From the IMG/VR virus record IMGVR_UViG_3300009182_000039, positions 1 through 64,000 of that record: a stretch of DNA of 64,000 nucleotides, one strand, 5' to 3'. Shown piece by piece: positions 47,008-57,900 of the stretch. Origin of the DNA: a virus. The notes below the pieces were generated by a model. The model worked only from the letters and a program-made list of their open reading frames with translations. It searched no databases and was not told where the DNA came from. A program made the position numbers and the translations under genes. Positions within the stretch are counted from its first letter, which is position 1. Each line of letters starts with the position of its first letter.

Positions 47008-47950
47008 ATTCCTTTGTGCTCATAATATCAAAATTGCAATGGCACATTTTTTTAGTACACCGCACAGGTTGTGTAGGTAAACTTAAATCTGGGTCAACAA
47101 TATTACCTAGCAAGCCGCCTTCTTTACACCAACCTCGAAAGATGGCTCCGCGTTGATCCACAATTAATTGTTCGACGCCAGCATAACAATCCCACCCTGA
47201 CCAGTCATTTGCTTTTTCATTGATAAACCTATGGGCACTTGCTACCAAAGAAGTATCATTTGGATACAACATTTTCATAGCGCCTCTGTAATAATCAAAT
47301 GACTTATCAAATTTTATATATTTGCTAATTAATTCGTGCTGGCGATCGATAATTTGTTTTTGTTCTGGTGTGTAGTCATATAACACTTCGCCAAAATCGT
47401 GTATTAGAGGCTGGAGGGCCATGGAAATGTTACCAAGAAGTTTTATTTTGTCTGCTATTTCATAGCAGTAGTCAAATTTTTCAGGACTCATCATAATATT
47501 AACATGAGTTCTTACAGTCTTGTTCAATATTTTTACAACTTCAATGAAATGTTCTGAATCTCCAAATTCTGGATGGAAACTTAAACATACATGATCAAAA
47601 TACTGTTTGTTTTCTTCCCAATATCTTAAAGTTCTGGATCCGTTAGAAATTAAACCTACTCTAACTCCTTGTTCTGTACAAAACTGACAAATATCAATAA
47701 AATGTTTGTACAATGTAACTTCGCCGCCAGTAAATTCAAAATAAAGTTTTTTATTGGGGTGTGTTTCTTTAACTTTTAAGATAAAATTTTTAATAGTCTC
47801 TGGAGTCGGCCACGGATTAGACCCATCGTGTAAATTTGCTGGACAATAACTGCAGCTAAAATTACAAGTATTACCCAAACACCAGTTAACTACAAACCAG
47901 TCTGTATTAGTTTCTTGAGCGTGCACTAATTTAAAATATTTTTTCTTCAT
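46994..47950 (-). CDS. Radical SAM enzyme with C-terminal SPASM/Twitch-like domain
   Basis: CNFSCSYC, GGE.T; C-terminal CYAG...C...C....C.C. Confidence 0.88.
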   Translation of the reverse strand: MKKKYFKLVHAQETNTDWFVVNWCLGNTCNFSCSYCPANLHDGSNPWPTPETIKNFILKVKETHPNKKLYFEFTGGEVTLYKHFIDICQFCTEQGVRVGLISNGSRTLRYWEENKQYFDHVCLSFHPEFGDSEHFIEVVKILNKTVRTHVNIMMSPEKFDYCYEIADKIKLLGNISMALQPLIHDFGEVLYDYTPEQKQIIDRQHELISKYIKFDKSFDYYRGAMKMLYPNDTSLVASAHRFINEKANDWSGWDCYAGVEQLIVDQRGAIFRGWCKEGGLLGNIVDPDLSLPTQPVRCTKKMCHCNFDIMSTKEFVDE

Positions 47951-47958
47951 TATAATTT

Positions 47959-48501
47959 TTATTTAATTCCGATTAACATATATCTGGTAAATTTCCATTC
48001 TGGATACACAAAGCGTAATTCGCCTCGGTAAACAATTTCCGACAACGGATAATGATTTGCAAAATCGGATATAGTTGTAGAATGTACAACATGGTCATCG
48101 TGCGGCATATTATTGCCTTGTAGTATAACTCTAGTACCTTTAGGGATACAGTCAAACCATTCCATGCTTTCAAAATGTTCTGTACTAGTATTTATAATTA
48201 AATCTGGTGTGCCCTTTACACCTTGATTACAATCTAATGTAAAGGCTTTGAACTGCCATTCTTTAATTACCCAATTTTCATTAATCACATCAGCAATCGC
48301 TTCGCATGACGGATCAATGTCAAAACTTTCTATACGGTCAACTTTAAATCGTTCTCTACTAAGCAATAAAAATCCTAATACACCGTACCACCCACCGTAG
48401 ATATGTGTTAGTTCACTAGTCCAGCCGAGTTTTTCTAATTCTTGGCACAACCAAAGTTTGCTATCAATTTGTCCATTAGAAAACGCATCTTTATTGAACA
48501 T
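47959..48501 (-). CDS. SAM-dependent methyltransferase-like protein
   Basis: GGWYG, SFDID, INTS.EH. Confidence 0.65.
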   Translation of the reverse strand: MFNKDAFSNGQIDSKLWLCQELEKLGWTSELTHIYGGWYGVLGFLLLSRERFKVDRIESFDIDPSCEAIADVINENWVIKEWQFKAFTLDCNQGVKGTPDLIINTSTEHFESMEWFDCIPKGTRVILQGNNMPHDDHVVHSTTISDFANHYPLSEIVYRGELRFVYPEWKFTRYMLIGIK

Positions 48502-49439
48502 TACCACCCCTCTAACTGACGGATAACATCAATTTCTCGAACCATAATACCTTTATTATGCCAGTCGTTTCGATAATGTGCTTTAAAAAATTTACTTGCT
48601 GTTTCATCTAACATGGTAATAGGTAAGTCTAACTGAGTCAATAAATCTGCGGCTATTCTGCCGGCAATTTGTTCTGGATTGTGTCCGTCGATGGTGTCGT
48701 ATATTGTTTTAAGCGCATCAAAGTTTTGAACTTCTTTGTAATCCCAAGTAGGATTAAGCATTAACATATAAGTACCCATTCGTGCGCCTAATATAGCCCA
48801 AACCCCATTTTCTACATCACGGCCAACATTTTGCCAGATGGTTAAATGATCAAGATTTCGACTGTTCACTTTATTTTTAAATTCTGTAACACTTGGTTTA
48901 ACTCCGCGGTTTAAACACATCTTTACGCCTTCTCTAAATCCCGACCGCCATGCTTGATAGGGAGTAGCATTAGGATAAGTGGTACTATAACAATCGTACA
49001 TAGCAATATAGTTAGGATAGAAACAAAACTCTACATCATTTGCCGCTGTGCCATCGCTGTTTTCGTGAGTTTTCATATTGTAAATAAAATCTTTAGTCCA
49101 ACAACTTAGTCCGCCATTGCCATACATTAATCCGTTAATGATATTACGAGCTCGCCACCGGAAAACGCAATCTTTATCGTTATCATCGATAGAAAGAGCA
49201 AGGTCAAAAAAGTTATCGTCAGGAACATTGTCGCCATCGATCAATACAAATCGATCTGTAATAGCAGCATCGGCGGCGGCTTTATGTGCTGCATCTGAAC
49301 CTTTAACTCCGTCAACACGCATTGCCCAAGGCACCATATTTTTAATTTTAACCCAATTTTCTTCTTTATTGGGTTCATCATATGTCAAGTATATGCAGTC
49401 TAATTCTGCTATATCTATTTTGTTCACCTTAAACTCCAT
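48501..49439 (-). CDS. Glycosyltransferase-like protein (GT-A)
   Basis: YDEP..EENW, GVKGSDAAH, IDGD, YGNGG, RSGFRE. Confidence 0.7.
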   Translation of the reverse strand: MEFKVNKIDIAELDCIYLTYDEPNKEENWVKIKNMVPWAMRVDGVKGSDAAHKAAADAAITDRFVLIDGDNVPDDNFFDLALSIDDNDKDCVFRWRARNIINGLMYGNGGLSCWTKDFIYNMKTHENSDGTAANDVEFCFYPNYIAMYDCYSTTYPNATPYQAWRSGFREGVKMCLNRGVKPSVTEFKNKVNSRNLDHLTIWQNVGRDVENGVWAILGARMGTYMLMLNPTWDYKEVQNFDALKTIYDTIDGHNPEQIAGRIAADLLTQLDLPITMLDETASKFFKAHYRNDWHNKGIMVREIDVIRQLEGW

Positions 49440-49741
49440 TTAATATTTGGTTCCGTTTTTTTAACTACTATACTGACATCGGTGGGATGACACGGAATAC
49501 CAGTTTTGGCAGGGTACAATCTTTTTACTATCGATGTATCGAGCACAACTATGTTATTATCAACTACTCTTATGTGTGTAGGAGGATTAACATATACTTC
49601 TCTAGTAATGTCTATATAATTACCTGGCAAATCCTCTTGGCTATAAAAAAGTGGCTGGCCTTGATCATCATAATACAGCCTATATAGAATAGGTTTTGGT
49701 TCTGCGGGTGTTAATGCCGCCCAAAATTCTTGTTCATTCAT
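49424..49741 (-). CDS. Hypothetical phage protein
   Basis: Coupled ORF, YRLYYD..G motif. Confidence 0.7.
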   Translation of the reverse strand: MNEQEFWAALTPAEPKPILYRLYYDDQGQPLFYSQEDLPGNYIDITREVYVNPPTHIRVVDNNIVVLDTSIVKRLYPAKTGIPCHPTDVSIVVKKTEPNIKWSLR

Positions 49742-50021
49742 CGTGTAAGCCGTGATGTGGTCGGTCGATATCTTGGAATAAGCGTTTTTCCTGTGCTGTT
49801 AGTTTATCTTTTCCTTTGGCCGTTTCGTTATGCCGAGGATTAGAGCACATAGGACAATGCGGGATGCCGCAATCCATAGCATGATGTTTAGCCAAGCGAT
49901 GCGGTTCCTCGATTGGTTTAGTAAGCCCATGAGACTTAGCAATTCTTAATTGTTTTTTAATTGCGGTCCAGGCTTTGTGTAAACGCTTACTATGTTTAAT
50001 CTTATCTTCATCTTTACTCAT
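49734..50021 (-). CDS. Small basic Cys/His (Zn-binding-like) protein
   Basis: CGIPHCPMCSNPRH. Confidence 0.7.
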   Translation of the reverse strand: MSKDEDKIKHSKRLHKAWTAIKKQLRIAKSHGLTKPIEEPHRLAKHHAMDCGIPHCPMCSNPRHNETAKGKDKLTAQEKRLFQDIDRPHHGLHDE

Positions 50022-50736
50022 TTACTAGATCCTTTATATGATAATGTACTAAACCCCACTGTGCTACTGTGTTAATTCTAACTCCAGGATTAGTATGTTC
50101 GCATACTAATTCCCTACTCCAATCTTCTGAAATAATAGGTATCATATGTTTTTTCATATGAACTATAGTCGGCCCTGCTGGTAAGGTAACTTGTTCAACG
50201 CCTATAATAACTGAAGCTAATCCATAAACTACATCAGTAGTAGGTATTTCGTCTGGGAATTTTAATAATGTTTTATAACTTTTCCAATTTTCAAATATAT
50301 TACGAACCAATGTAAAAAATTCTTTAGCTAAGTCACTCGCTTCCCAATATGTGATGGCATTGTAAACATCCGGCAAGTTATTGTTATCAAATATTTTACG
50401 ATAGACCCTTGATTTACCAGGTTGATCATAAAAATCTCTACACCCTTGGCTGATGACTACATTGCGATTGGAAAATAATTCCCACCAATGATCGATAGGA
50501 CTAGCGCACCACATATCAGCTTCTAACTTAATAGTTTTTTTATAAGGGCTTGCCTCGTAACATTGCCAGTCATTGGCAAAACCTTTAAGTTTTCCATAGG
50601 GCAACATATCTTCTGTTAAAATTGTAATATTAGCACTAGGATGCCACGCTAATATACTATCCGCTAATTGTTTAGCACATTTAACATAGACATCGCCTAT
50701 AGCTGGAATTAAATAACCTTGATCAACTAGCAACAA
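50014..50736 (-). CDS. Glycosyltransferase-like protein
   Basis: SPY..TI.LEAD, TDV, HMK, HY; paralogue of next gene. Confidence 0.6.
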   Translation of the reverse strand: MLLVDQGYLIPAIGDVYVKCAKQLADSILAWHPSANITILTEDMLPYGKLKGFANDWQCYEASPYKKTIKLEADMWCASPIDHWWELFSNRNVVISQGCRDFYDQPGKSRVYRKIFDNNNLPDVYNAITYWEASDLAKEFFTLVRNIFENWKSYKTLLKFPDEIPTTDVVYGLASVIIGVEQVTLPAGPTIVHMKKHMIPIISEDWSRELVCEHTNPGVRINTVAQWGLVHYHIKDLVNE

Positions 50737-51517
50737 TATCTCCTAAATGCTTTTTACCCATGGCATGAAAATCTTGTGCCAAAGTTATATAGCGTGGTTT
50801 TAGATCAGGAGTTAAAAAATCTACGCGATAGTTATCTTCGCTAACTTTTGTTAATTTATGTGCCGGAGTAACTGATGCTAAACCCCAAGGAATATCAGTG
50901 TAATTAAGTATGTGTCCGTTAACAATGCCTAACGCTATACTTAACGCAAAATCGTTGCGATATGTTGGTCTATTAACACCATATAAATTTTTAAAGTGTT
51001 GCCAATTATTTTTTATCATAGCCATACAATCAAAAATCATTTTAGCTTCTGTAGAACGTCTAAACATCATTACAGTTGCCCACCACATAGGCATATTATA
51101 ATTTCCAAAATTGTTAAGCTCGTCAAAATTATCTTGCTTGACTACATCGTACGCTGTTTTGTGTGCTACAAAATTTTCTTTTATATTTAAAATTTTTTTT
51201 AATTCGCTACTGGCTACAACATAATCAGCATCTAACACCAAAGTTTGACCCCACGGCGTTAACTCATATGCGTTAACTCGATTGCCGTTATACCATGTTA
51301 CATTTTCTGCTTGATCTTCAAATTTTCTAGAATAGTTGCCTTCGGGAATAGCCGGGATTACCTGTTCAAAAAAATAGTTATGAGGAATTGTTTGATCTGT
51401 TACTACTGCTACTGGTAATTGTAAATGTCTGCGGATATTTTTAGCTGACCAATTAGCCATGGCAAGATAATCTATATGTTCATTATTAAAAGCAAATATT
51501 AATACACCAGTTGTCAT
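50723..51517 (-). CDS. Glycosyltransferase-like protein (DxD)
   Basis: TPW..TLVLDADY, WATV, RNDFA, H.M.K. Confidence 0.65.
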   Translation of the reverse strand: MTTGVLIFAFNNEHIDYLAMANWSAKNIRRHLQLPVAVVTDQTIPHNYFFEQVIPAIPEGNYSRKFEDQAENVTWYNGNRVNAYELTPWGQTLVLDADYVVASSELKKILNIKENFVAHKTAYDVVKQDNFDELNNFGNYNMPMWWATVMMFRRSTEAKMIFDCMAMIKNNWQHFKNLYGVNRPTYRNDFALSIALGIVNGHILNYTDIPWGLASVTPAHKLTKVSEDNYRVDFLTPDLKPRYITLAQDFHAMGKKHLGDIVAS

Positions 51518-51822
51518 CTATTTTTGCTAAGTTGTTCGTGTTCTTCAAACCATAACTTCATAGTTTCTTGCCAGCGGGTTTTTGCTAAATTTAATAATTC
51601 TTTATAATCAACTATAACTGGAGTTTCATACAAATCAAATAAGTATAATACTTGTTGACCTTCTGATGCTTTAAGTATGTTAATCAATTCGGGCCCAGCT
51701 TTAAACATTCCACCATTATAAGCAAAAATAAGTTTGCTTTGATATTTTTCTTTGAGTGTCCGTTTGGCTGCCGCATGTTCAAAACGACTACGGCCGTGAG
51801 CAACTAAATTATCAGTATCCAT
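51514..51822 (-). CDS. Hypothetical phage protein
   Basis: YNGGMFKA.PELI motif. Confidence 0.7.
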   Translation of the reverse strand: MDTDNLVAHGRSRFEHAAAKRTLKEKYQSKLIFAYNGGMFKAGPELINILKASEGQQVLYLFDLYETPVIVDYKELLNLAKTRWQETMKLWFEEHEQLSKNR

Positions 51823-51847
51823 GTGTTTATTATACTACGAAAAGGGA

Positions 51848-51874
51848 CAAAAGTAAAGGGGCTATACCCCTTTT
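51848..51874 (-). terminator. Probable terminator after structural operon
   Basis: AAAGGGG-CTATA-CCCCTTT hairpin with T-rich tail on minus strand. Confidence 0.55.
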
Positions 51875-51890
51875 GGTAAAAATAAAACGA

Positions 51891-52838
51891 TTAAACTACG
51901 CCAACGGTTGACGCAACACTTGGAGTGCCCCAAGTATTTGTCAAATAGGTTGTTGCTGGTGGGAAATAGGTTACAACAGTAGCCGGCGCTGTGCCGAAAG
52001 CTATACCGGTAGTAGCAGTTCCGCCAGCAATAGCGGCGTTGATGTCATCGCCGTTACTATACCATGTTGTAACTAAAGTAAGATTAGTGGATCCATTCCA
52101 TGCTGCAGTAACTTGAACATAATTACTGGAATAAGCCGCGCCAGAATCAAATTGTTTGTAAATGATTGTAGGGCTTGATATAAGTTGAGCAAACCCTGTG
52201 CTTGTGGTTAAAATAGTCGGAGTTCCCGTACCACCAATTTTAGTAGTACCTGTATAAGTTACACCATTAATACTTTTACTAGCACCAGTACTTGACAAAT
52301 AAATTGCGCCGCAGGTTGTACCAATAAAGCTATTCCATTCAGTATCAACCCCTGTACCTGTGGATGTTTTACTAAATTGAATTTTAACTGTTGCTCCAGA
52401 ATTAAAGAAATTACTTGCTGCTGTAGCATTGGCAAAGGTAACGGTATCAGTAAATGTTATTGTCCAAGACGCAGTTCCAGAGCCAGCGCCCGAAGTAGCA
52501 CTGGCAGATCCAGTCCATCCAGTAAATTGTGTGCCTTGTGTTGACGCATTATACTTATTGGTATTAATGCTAGTAATATCAGTACTTAAATTATTTAAAA
52601 CTGAGATTACATTACCTGTTTGAGGATTAGTTCTTGTTGTAATACTTGTGCCTTGATGACTGGCAGCACTACTAACCGTTGTATTTAAATTTGCCCAAGA
52701 ATTAGCGTTAACTGTATCTCCAGCTGATATATTGGCAGCAACTGATTGACCGTAGCTCGCATTCCAAACAGCATTAACATTGCCATTAAAGCCATTATAA
52801 TCTGATGCTTGTATCAGGCCACCGGTTACATACGTCAT
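51891..52838 (-). CDS. Virion structural protein (Thr/Gly/Ser-rich, tail-associated)
   Basis: G.LI.A.DYN N-terminus, FFN.G motif, beta-rich composition. Confidence 0.7.
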   Translation of the reverse strand: MTYVTGGLIQASDYNGFNGNVNAVWNASYGQSVAANISAGDTVNANSWANLNTTVSSAASHQGTSITTRTNPQTGNVISVLNNLSTDITSINTNKYNASTQGTQFTGWTGSASATSGAGSGTASWTITFTDTVTFANATAASNFFNSGATVKIQFSKTSTGTGVDTEWNSFIGTTCGAIYLSSTGASKSINGVTYTGTTKIGGTGTPTILTTSTGFAQLISSPTIIYKQFDSGAAYSSNYVQVTAAWNGSTNLTLVTTWYSNGDDINAAIAGGTATTGIAFGTAPATVVTYFPPATTYLTNTWGTPSVASTVGVV

Positions 52839-52853
52839 TGTTGTTCCTAATTT

Positions 52854-54140
52854 TTATTTGATGGTTACAATAGCTTCAACGGTACCAATACCAGAATCTA
52901 ATTTATTTACAAGTGATCGACCAATAACATTAAATGCCGTTGCTTCGCCTGCTTTAGCTGCTCTTGCCATACCAGCGCCTGCGGAAACTAAACGGTCACC
53001 TTTGTTGACTACACCTGTAACTTGAACTGGCACACGACCTGTCATAGCCACCGGCGGGTGGGTTAAATCATTACCGGCTCCGTTATTCATCAAGTAAGCA
53101 GCGTTTGTACTGATAACTCCAAATACAGATTCACTTAGTTCTGTATTAGATTGAGTAATTTCAGCAATACCGCCTAGCTCAACTACTGTACCTGGAGCAT
53201 ATTCTGTATCGGCTTCAAAGCGTTCTGCCACGTCGGCATAATTAGCTGTAATTCCAAATTGACTACTTACAATGCCAGTGGAGCCATTAATTGTCAATGC
53301 TGTCGAAGGAGTACTTGCTTTATTAACGCTAAAATTAATATTACCATTTAAATCAGCATTACTTAAAGTAACTGTTGTACCCGAAACTCCTACAGCAAAA
53401 TCATTACCAGCACCTACAGATAAACCTGTGTTGTTAACTACTCTTAATGTTCCTGTTGTTGATGTATTAGCATCTGAACGCATAAATGAATTGCCATACA
53501 CACCATTTAATTGTAGTGCGTTGGTTGCTGTACCTGTGAACAACGGAACTTGTGAGTTAATTGTTGAAGCAAGCGTGATGCCTGGATAAACTTGTGTAAA
53601 TCCTGGAATAGCTGTTTGCGGAGTAAACGCAGCATCTTCAGAAATAAATCCAATAATAGCATTATTAACATACAGTTCAACAACAACGTGAGATGTTGCT
53701 GTATTATCAAGGATTGTGGCAGGAATAGCACCAGTAATACCTGTAGTTGAATTGTAAATTGGGCCCACTAATAACCACGCTGTGCCGGTCCATACATTAA
53801 GTTGTTGTGTTGTAGTATTATACCACAAATCACCAGTAGAATTATTAGTTGGTGCTGAACTAGCTGACTGAGCTCCGCCTAATGATTTCCATCCAACGCC
53901 GTTATAAACTTGTAATACAGATGTAGTGGTATTAAACCATAACTGGCCTTTTAACGGAGTTGAAGGTGATGTGCTATTGGCGGCATTTTCTAATAAATGT
54001 ACAAAATTGTCGTCTAAAAACTGACCGTATCCTGCGTAATTTTTACCAACCAATGTTTGCGAACAAGCTGTAGTGTTGATAGTTCCATCTGGTATTGTAG
54101 TTAAAACATTACCATTTGTTAGATTAATTGTGTATGACAT
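52854..54140 (-). CDS. Tail fibre/baseplate-associated structural protein
   Basis: LVGKNYAGYG, repeated G.LW.NT motifs, C-terminal YADVAERFEAD...GRVPV domain. Confidence 0.75.
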   Translation of the reverse strand: MSYTINLTNGNVLTTIPDGTINTTACSQTLVGKNYAGYGQFLDDNFVHLLENAANSTSPSTPLKGQLWFNTTTSVLQVYNGVGWKSLGGAQSASSAPTNNSTGDLWYNTTTQQLNVWTGTAWLLVGPIYNSTTGITGAIPATILDNTATSHVVVELYVNNAIIGFISEDAAFTPQTAIPGFTQVYPGITLASTINSQVPLFTGTATNALQLNGVYGNSFMRSDANTSTTGTLRVVNNTGLSVGAGNDFAVGVSGTTVTLSNADLNGNINFSVNKASTPSTALTINGSTGIVSSQFGITANYADVAERFEADTEYAPGTVVELGGIAEITQSNTELSESVFGVISTNAAYLMNNGAGNDLTHPPVAMTGRVPVQVTGVVNKGDRLVSAGAGMARAAKAGEATAFNVIGRSLVNKLDSGIGTVEAIVTIK

Positions 54141-54189
54141 TTAGTTTACTCCGTCCTTTTTATTATTTATGGCCATTTAATATACATAT

Positions 54190-54798
54190 TTATGCGGCGC
54201 TTAAATTTGTTAATGTCTGTATTCTAAGGGTATAATCTATCTGAATTTGGCGATTTAAACTCTTTTGTACAGGATGAAAAATAACATGGGTAATTAGGAA
54301 TAAATCAGTGGCTGAACCGTTCCAGCATTGTAATCCTAACTCATCAAAAACATATTCTCCATTAAAATTGGTGCTATTATCGAACGCTTGCTGGCCAGCA
54401 GGCTGTCCGTAGTCTAATAAACATGAAACTAGTATGTCTGTATATGGATTTCCTGAAGTGTGCAACACCGTCATATTGTTATTAGCGGGATCTAAATTAT
54501 CAGCAGAATTGCCATCCACTACTTGAACGTATGTTTCGTTGTATAAACTAGCATTTTGTCCGGTGACATTAGGCGGCAAATATGTGATAACTCCTGTGGG
54601 ATCTACAGCTGATCCACCATTACCAAAAGCCATGGAATAAATCCAACCTTTACCTTGATCACTGAGTGTATTAGCCATAGCAATGCTAATATTTTCATAA
54701 TTAATGGCGTTCTTTTTATCTACCAAAACTTCCCCAGTTGTGGGGTCGGTAATTTTAATAAATCCTTCTATCTTTGCTAAACCTGGCTGAATAATCAT
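54190..54798 (-). CDS. Virion structural protein (baseplate region)
   Basis: MAFGNGG, FDELGL, THVIFHPVQKS motifs; operon context. Confidence 0.7.
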   Translation of the reverse strand: MIIQPGLAKIEGFIKITDPTTGEVLVDKKNAINYENISIAMANTLSDQGKGWIYSMAFGNGGSAVDPTGVITYLPPNVTGQNASLYNETYVQVVDGNSADNLDPANNNMTVLHTSGNPYTDILVSCLLDYGQPAGQQAFDNSTNFNGEYVFDELGLQCWNGSATDLFLITHVIFHPVQKSLNRQIQIDYTLRIQTLTNLSAA

Positions 54799-54935
54799 GC
54801 TTTCTGCTCCACAAATACTTTATGGGTCTGTGGATCAAAAATCTTCACAAAACCATCGACTGTTACAGAGCCCGTATCATTCGGACGCTTTTCAGGTTGA
54901 ACTTGTTGCTGTTGTGTTGGTGTTTTATTTTCCAT
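54795..54935 (-). CDS. 46-aa protein similar to N-terminus of the downstream gene
   Basis: MENKTP...GSVTVDGFVKIFDPQTHKVFVEQKA; TGA overlaps next ATG. Confidence 0.7.
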   Translation of the reverse strand: MENKTPTQQQQVQPEKRPNDTGSVTVDGFVKIFDPQTHKVFVEQKA

Positions 54936-54988
54936 CGTTCTTTATTTATTATGATTTATATCCATGTCAAACCTTATAGATATTTACC

Positions 54989-57900
54989 TTAATTTAGACC
55001 CCTTAAAAATAGCGCCGCAGGGTTATTGGTTTGCTGTAGCGGAACCCCATCGGATGCTGTCCCAACTCCTGGATTATACCAACTGACTCCGCGACGAACT
55101 ATGATAGTAACTTCAACCCCATCTGCTGGCGGAGTAGCAAAAGATACAATTATCGGAGTTAAGTTTGTTACTCCATACCCGCTAGTTTGTAACGCTCCGC
55201 CAAGATATACCTCTACAGTTTCTATATTACTACCCATACCTACGTCATAATTTCCATCACCTTCTGGATATGAATAATTTGTACTGTCATAAGGAATAGA
55301 TCCAGTCCAATCATTAGCATTATTAACAGTAATATCTGTAGTAAAGTTAGTAGTTGTGCCGTTGCCTAAGAAAGAATTAGTTTCAATATAATTTTGGAAC
55401 TGTTCCGGCATTAAATTGCCTCGGCCCATATTGTATACATAAGCACCAACGGCATGAGAATCTGCTCCGGTACCAGCTGTGCCACGCAATAAGCTACTAA
55501 TAGTATTAGCTTCTATATCAATTTCACGATACATAATGCGCTCGCCGTTGATACTTACTACACCCCATATATTGGCAGCAAACTCAGGAATACTCAATGC
55601 GCCAGCGTTGACTACATGAATGATATCATCGGTTGCTGTGACTGCTTCTGTCACTGTTGTAGTAGTAGAAGGGGTCATGCGATATGTAGCTTGCACACCG
55701 CGCATATCTTGGAATATTCTAAATTCCATAGATTCTGGAACTACTGAATTTGTAACGTTTGTTATTATAATAACATCAGTTGGACCAATTACTCCATTAT
55801 TTAATGTTAATGTGTTATCAACAATAGTATAATCTGTATAAGCTGTTAAGACTCTTCCATTTCTGGATACCCACGGCCGAGATATATCTGTATATGATTG
55901 ATATAGTGTAAAGTCATTAAAATAAATTGTATCGCCTACTGTGGCATCAAATAATCCAGGATCAGCCGACGGAGCACCAGGAGGATTATCATATAAAGTT
56001 GAGTCATATTTTTCATAAATTGAAATACCTTGACTTACTGGCCCAACAAATATTTGTTGGGATAATCGTTGTTCGCGAGTATCATTAAATGTAGTAACTG
56101 AAATTATATCGCCTGCGTGTGGGACAATACCTGTTCCAGAAATAATTGTTAATGTATATGCCATTGGATCAATAATATATTGAGCCGTTACATCAACCGC
56201 AACATATACTTCAGCACCGTCAGCTGGAGCAGTATCTAACACTATATCAGGATAAGCGAATATATATGTAGCTGGCTCTTGTAGTATGCCATCGACATAA
56301 ACACTTAAATTATCTTTAATAATAGTAGTTGGATCAACTCCTAATCTAGTAGGTAACGCAAATGCATCATTTGTGCCATCACCTACACTAGGTTTTCCTG
56401 CACTGCCACTAGCAGTAATGCCACCAATAGTAACTATAGCAGTTACTGGATTTGTATATTCTAAACTAATTGTTGGATCTAAATCATACTCTAGTTGTCC
56501 CGTTGTAGGAACTGTTATAGTTTGAGTTACTGGTATACTCCAGCTATAATTTGTAGTAACGCTATCAATTGTAGTAGGGCTAATGGCTACTAAACTAATA
56601 AAATCATCCGAAGCATAAGTAGAATCAAAAGTTAACGTTGTAGTATTAAAGGCTGTGCCGGCTTCGTATGAATATTCTGTAGTTGGTACGCAACTTCCAT
56701 TTACGAAAATAACAAATTCTTGTATCAAACTATACTGTACTGGTACTGTTAAAGAATTTCCAACATCGGCACCGTTGTATATATTTTTGTAAAGCTGATT
56801 CCCGCCACCAACTTGATATACATAAATGCCTAATTGATCGCCGTTAGCAACCAACGACGAGGAATTTAAAATAGTAAATGTTTGATTTACCCAATTGACT
56901 GTATAATCAGTACCTTCATTTAAATTATAACCTTGTGTTACATCTGTAATTTCTAAATCTGCTGGGAACGATTGTAATCCATCAAAACTTATAGTTGGAT
57001 TTACACTATCGTATATAACTTGTAGTGTTCCTTGTGCAAACCCGTGTCCTAATCCTTGCCAGTCGGCCCCAGGAGTAGTATAAACTCGAAGATCTAAAGT
57101 GTCAAACTCGATACCAGGAACTAATTCTTCTGGTGCGTGGCTTTCGTAGGCATCAACATACTTACCGCCATCAATATTAATGTCGGATGGCCGAGTACCC
57201 AAGTATGGATCAAGATAACTACTTTGGAATATAGTATCAAGTATACCCAAATCGTATGTAGGTTGGCCGTTTGGATCTAATGAAATGTTATCGAATGGGT
57301 TAATATCAAAATTACCGCGGTCAAAACCAGTGTCTTGGTCAAATCTTACAGCAGCAACTTGTACACCTGGGTAATCAATGCCGTCAATCAGTAATGGCAA
57401 CGACAATCCAGGAGTATTAACTGTACTTACATAAAAACCCATTGTGCGATCAGCACCACTTAATACACCAGCATCAACTTGTAACCATTCTGCTGGATCA
57501 AACACAGAATTTGTTACTGATCCACTAGTGCTATCGGCGGCCCAGACCAGATTATCGTAGCGAACTTGTGTTCCATTTTCATATGTTATGTTGGCTTCCC
57601 AGTCGATAATAGTCGATTGATATTCGCAACGGTCATATTTAATTGTAGTATTGAAAGAACGAACTAACGAGTTGTTCATAATAGTTACTGCTTGAGCAAT
57701 TTGTCCTACAAATGTCAATTCCGCTGTTCCATTAACTTCAGTAGCTGTGCCAATTGGTTCTACATTACCTAAAATGCCGGCAGTATCAACTACATAAATG
57801 TTATTCCATGATGTAATAATATTTTCATTCTCTACAACCGATATTCCTGCAGCCCACGGTGTAGGATCGCCAGGTAATCCACCGCCACTAATGGTAATAA

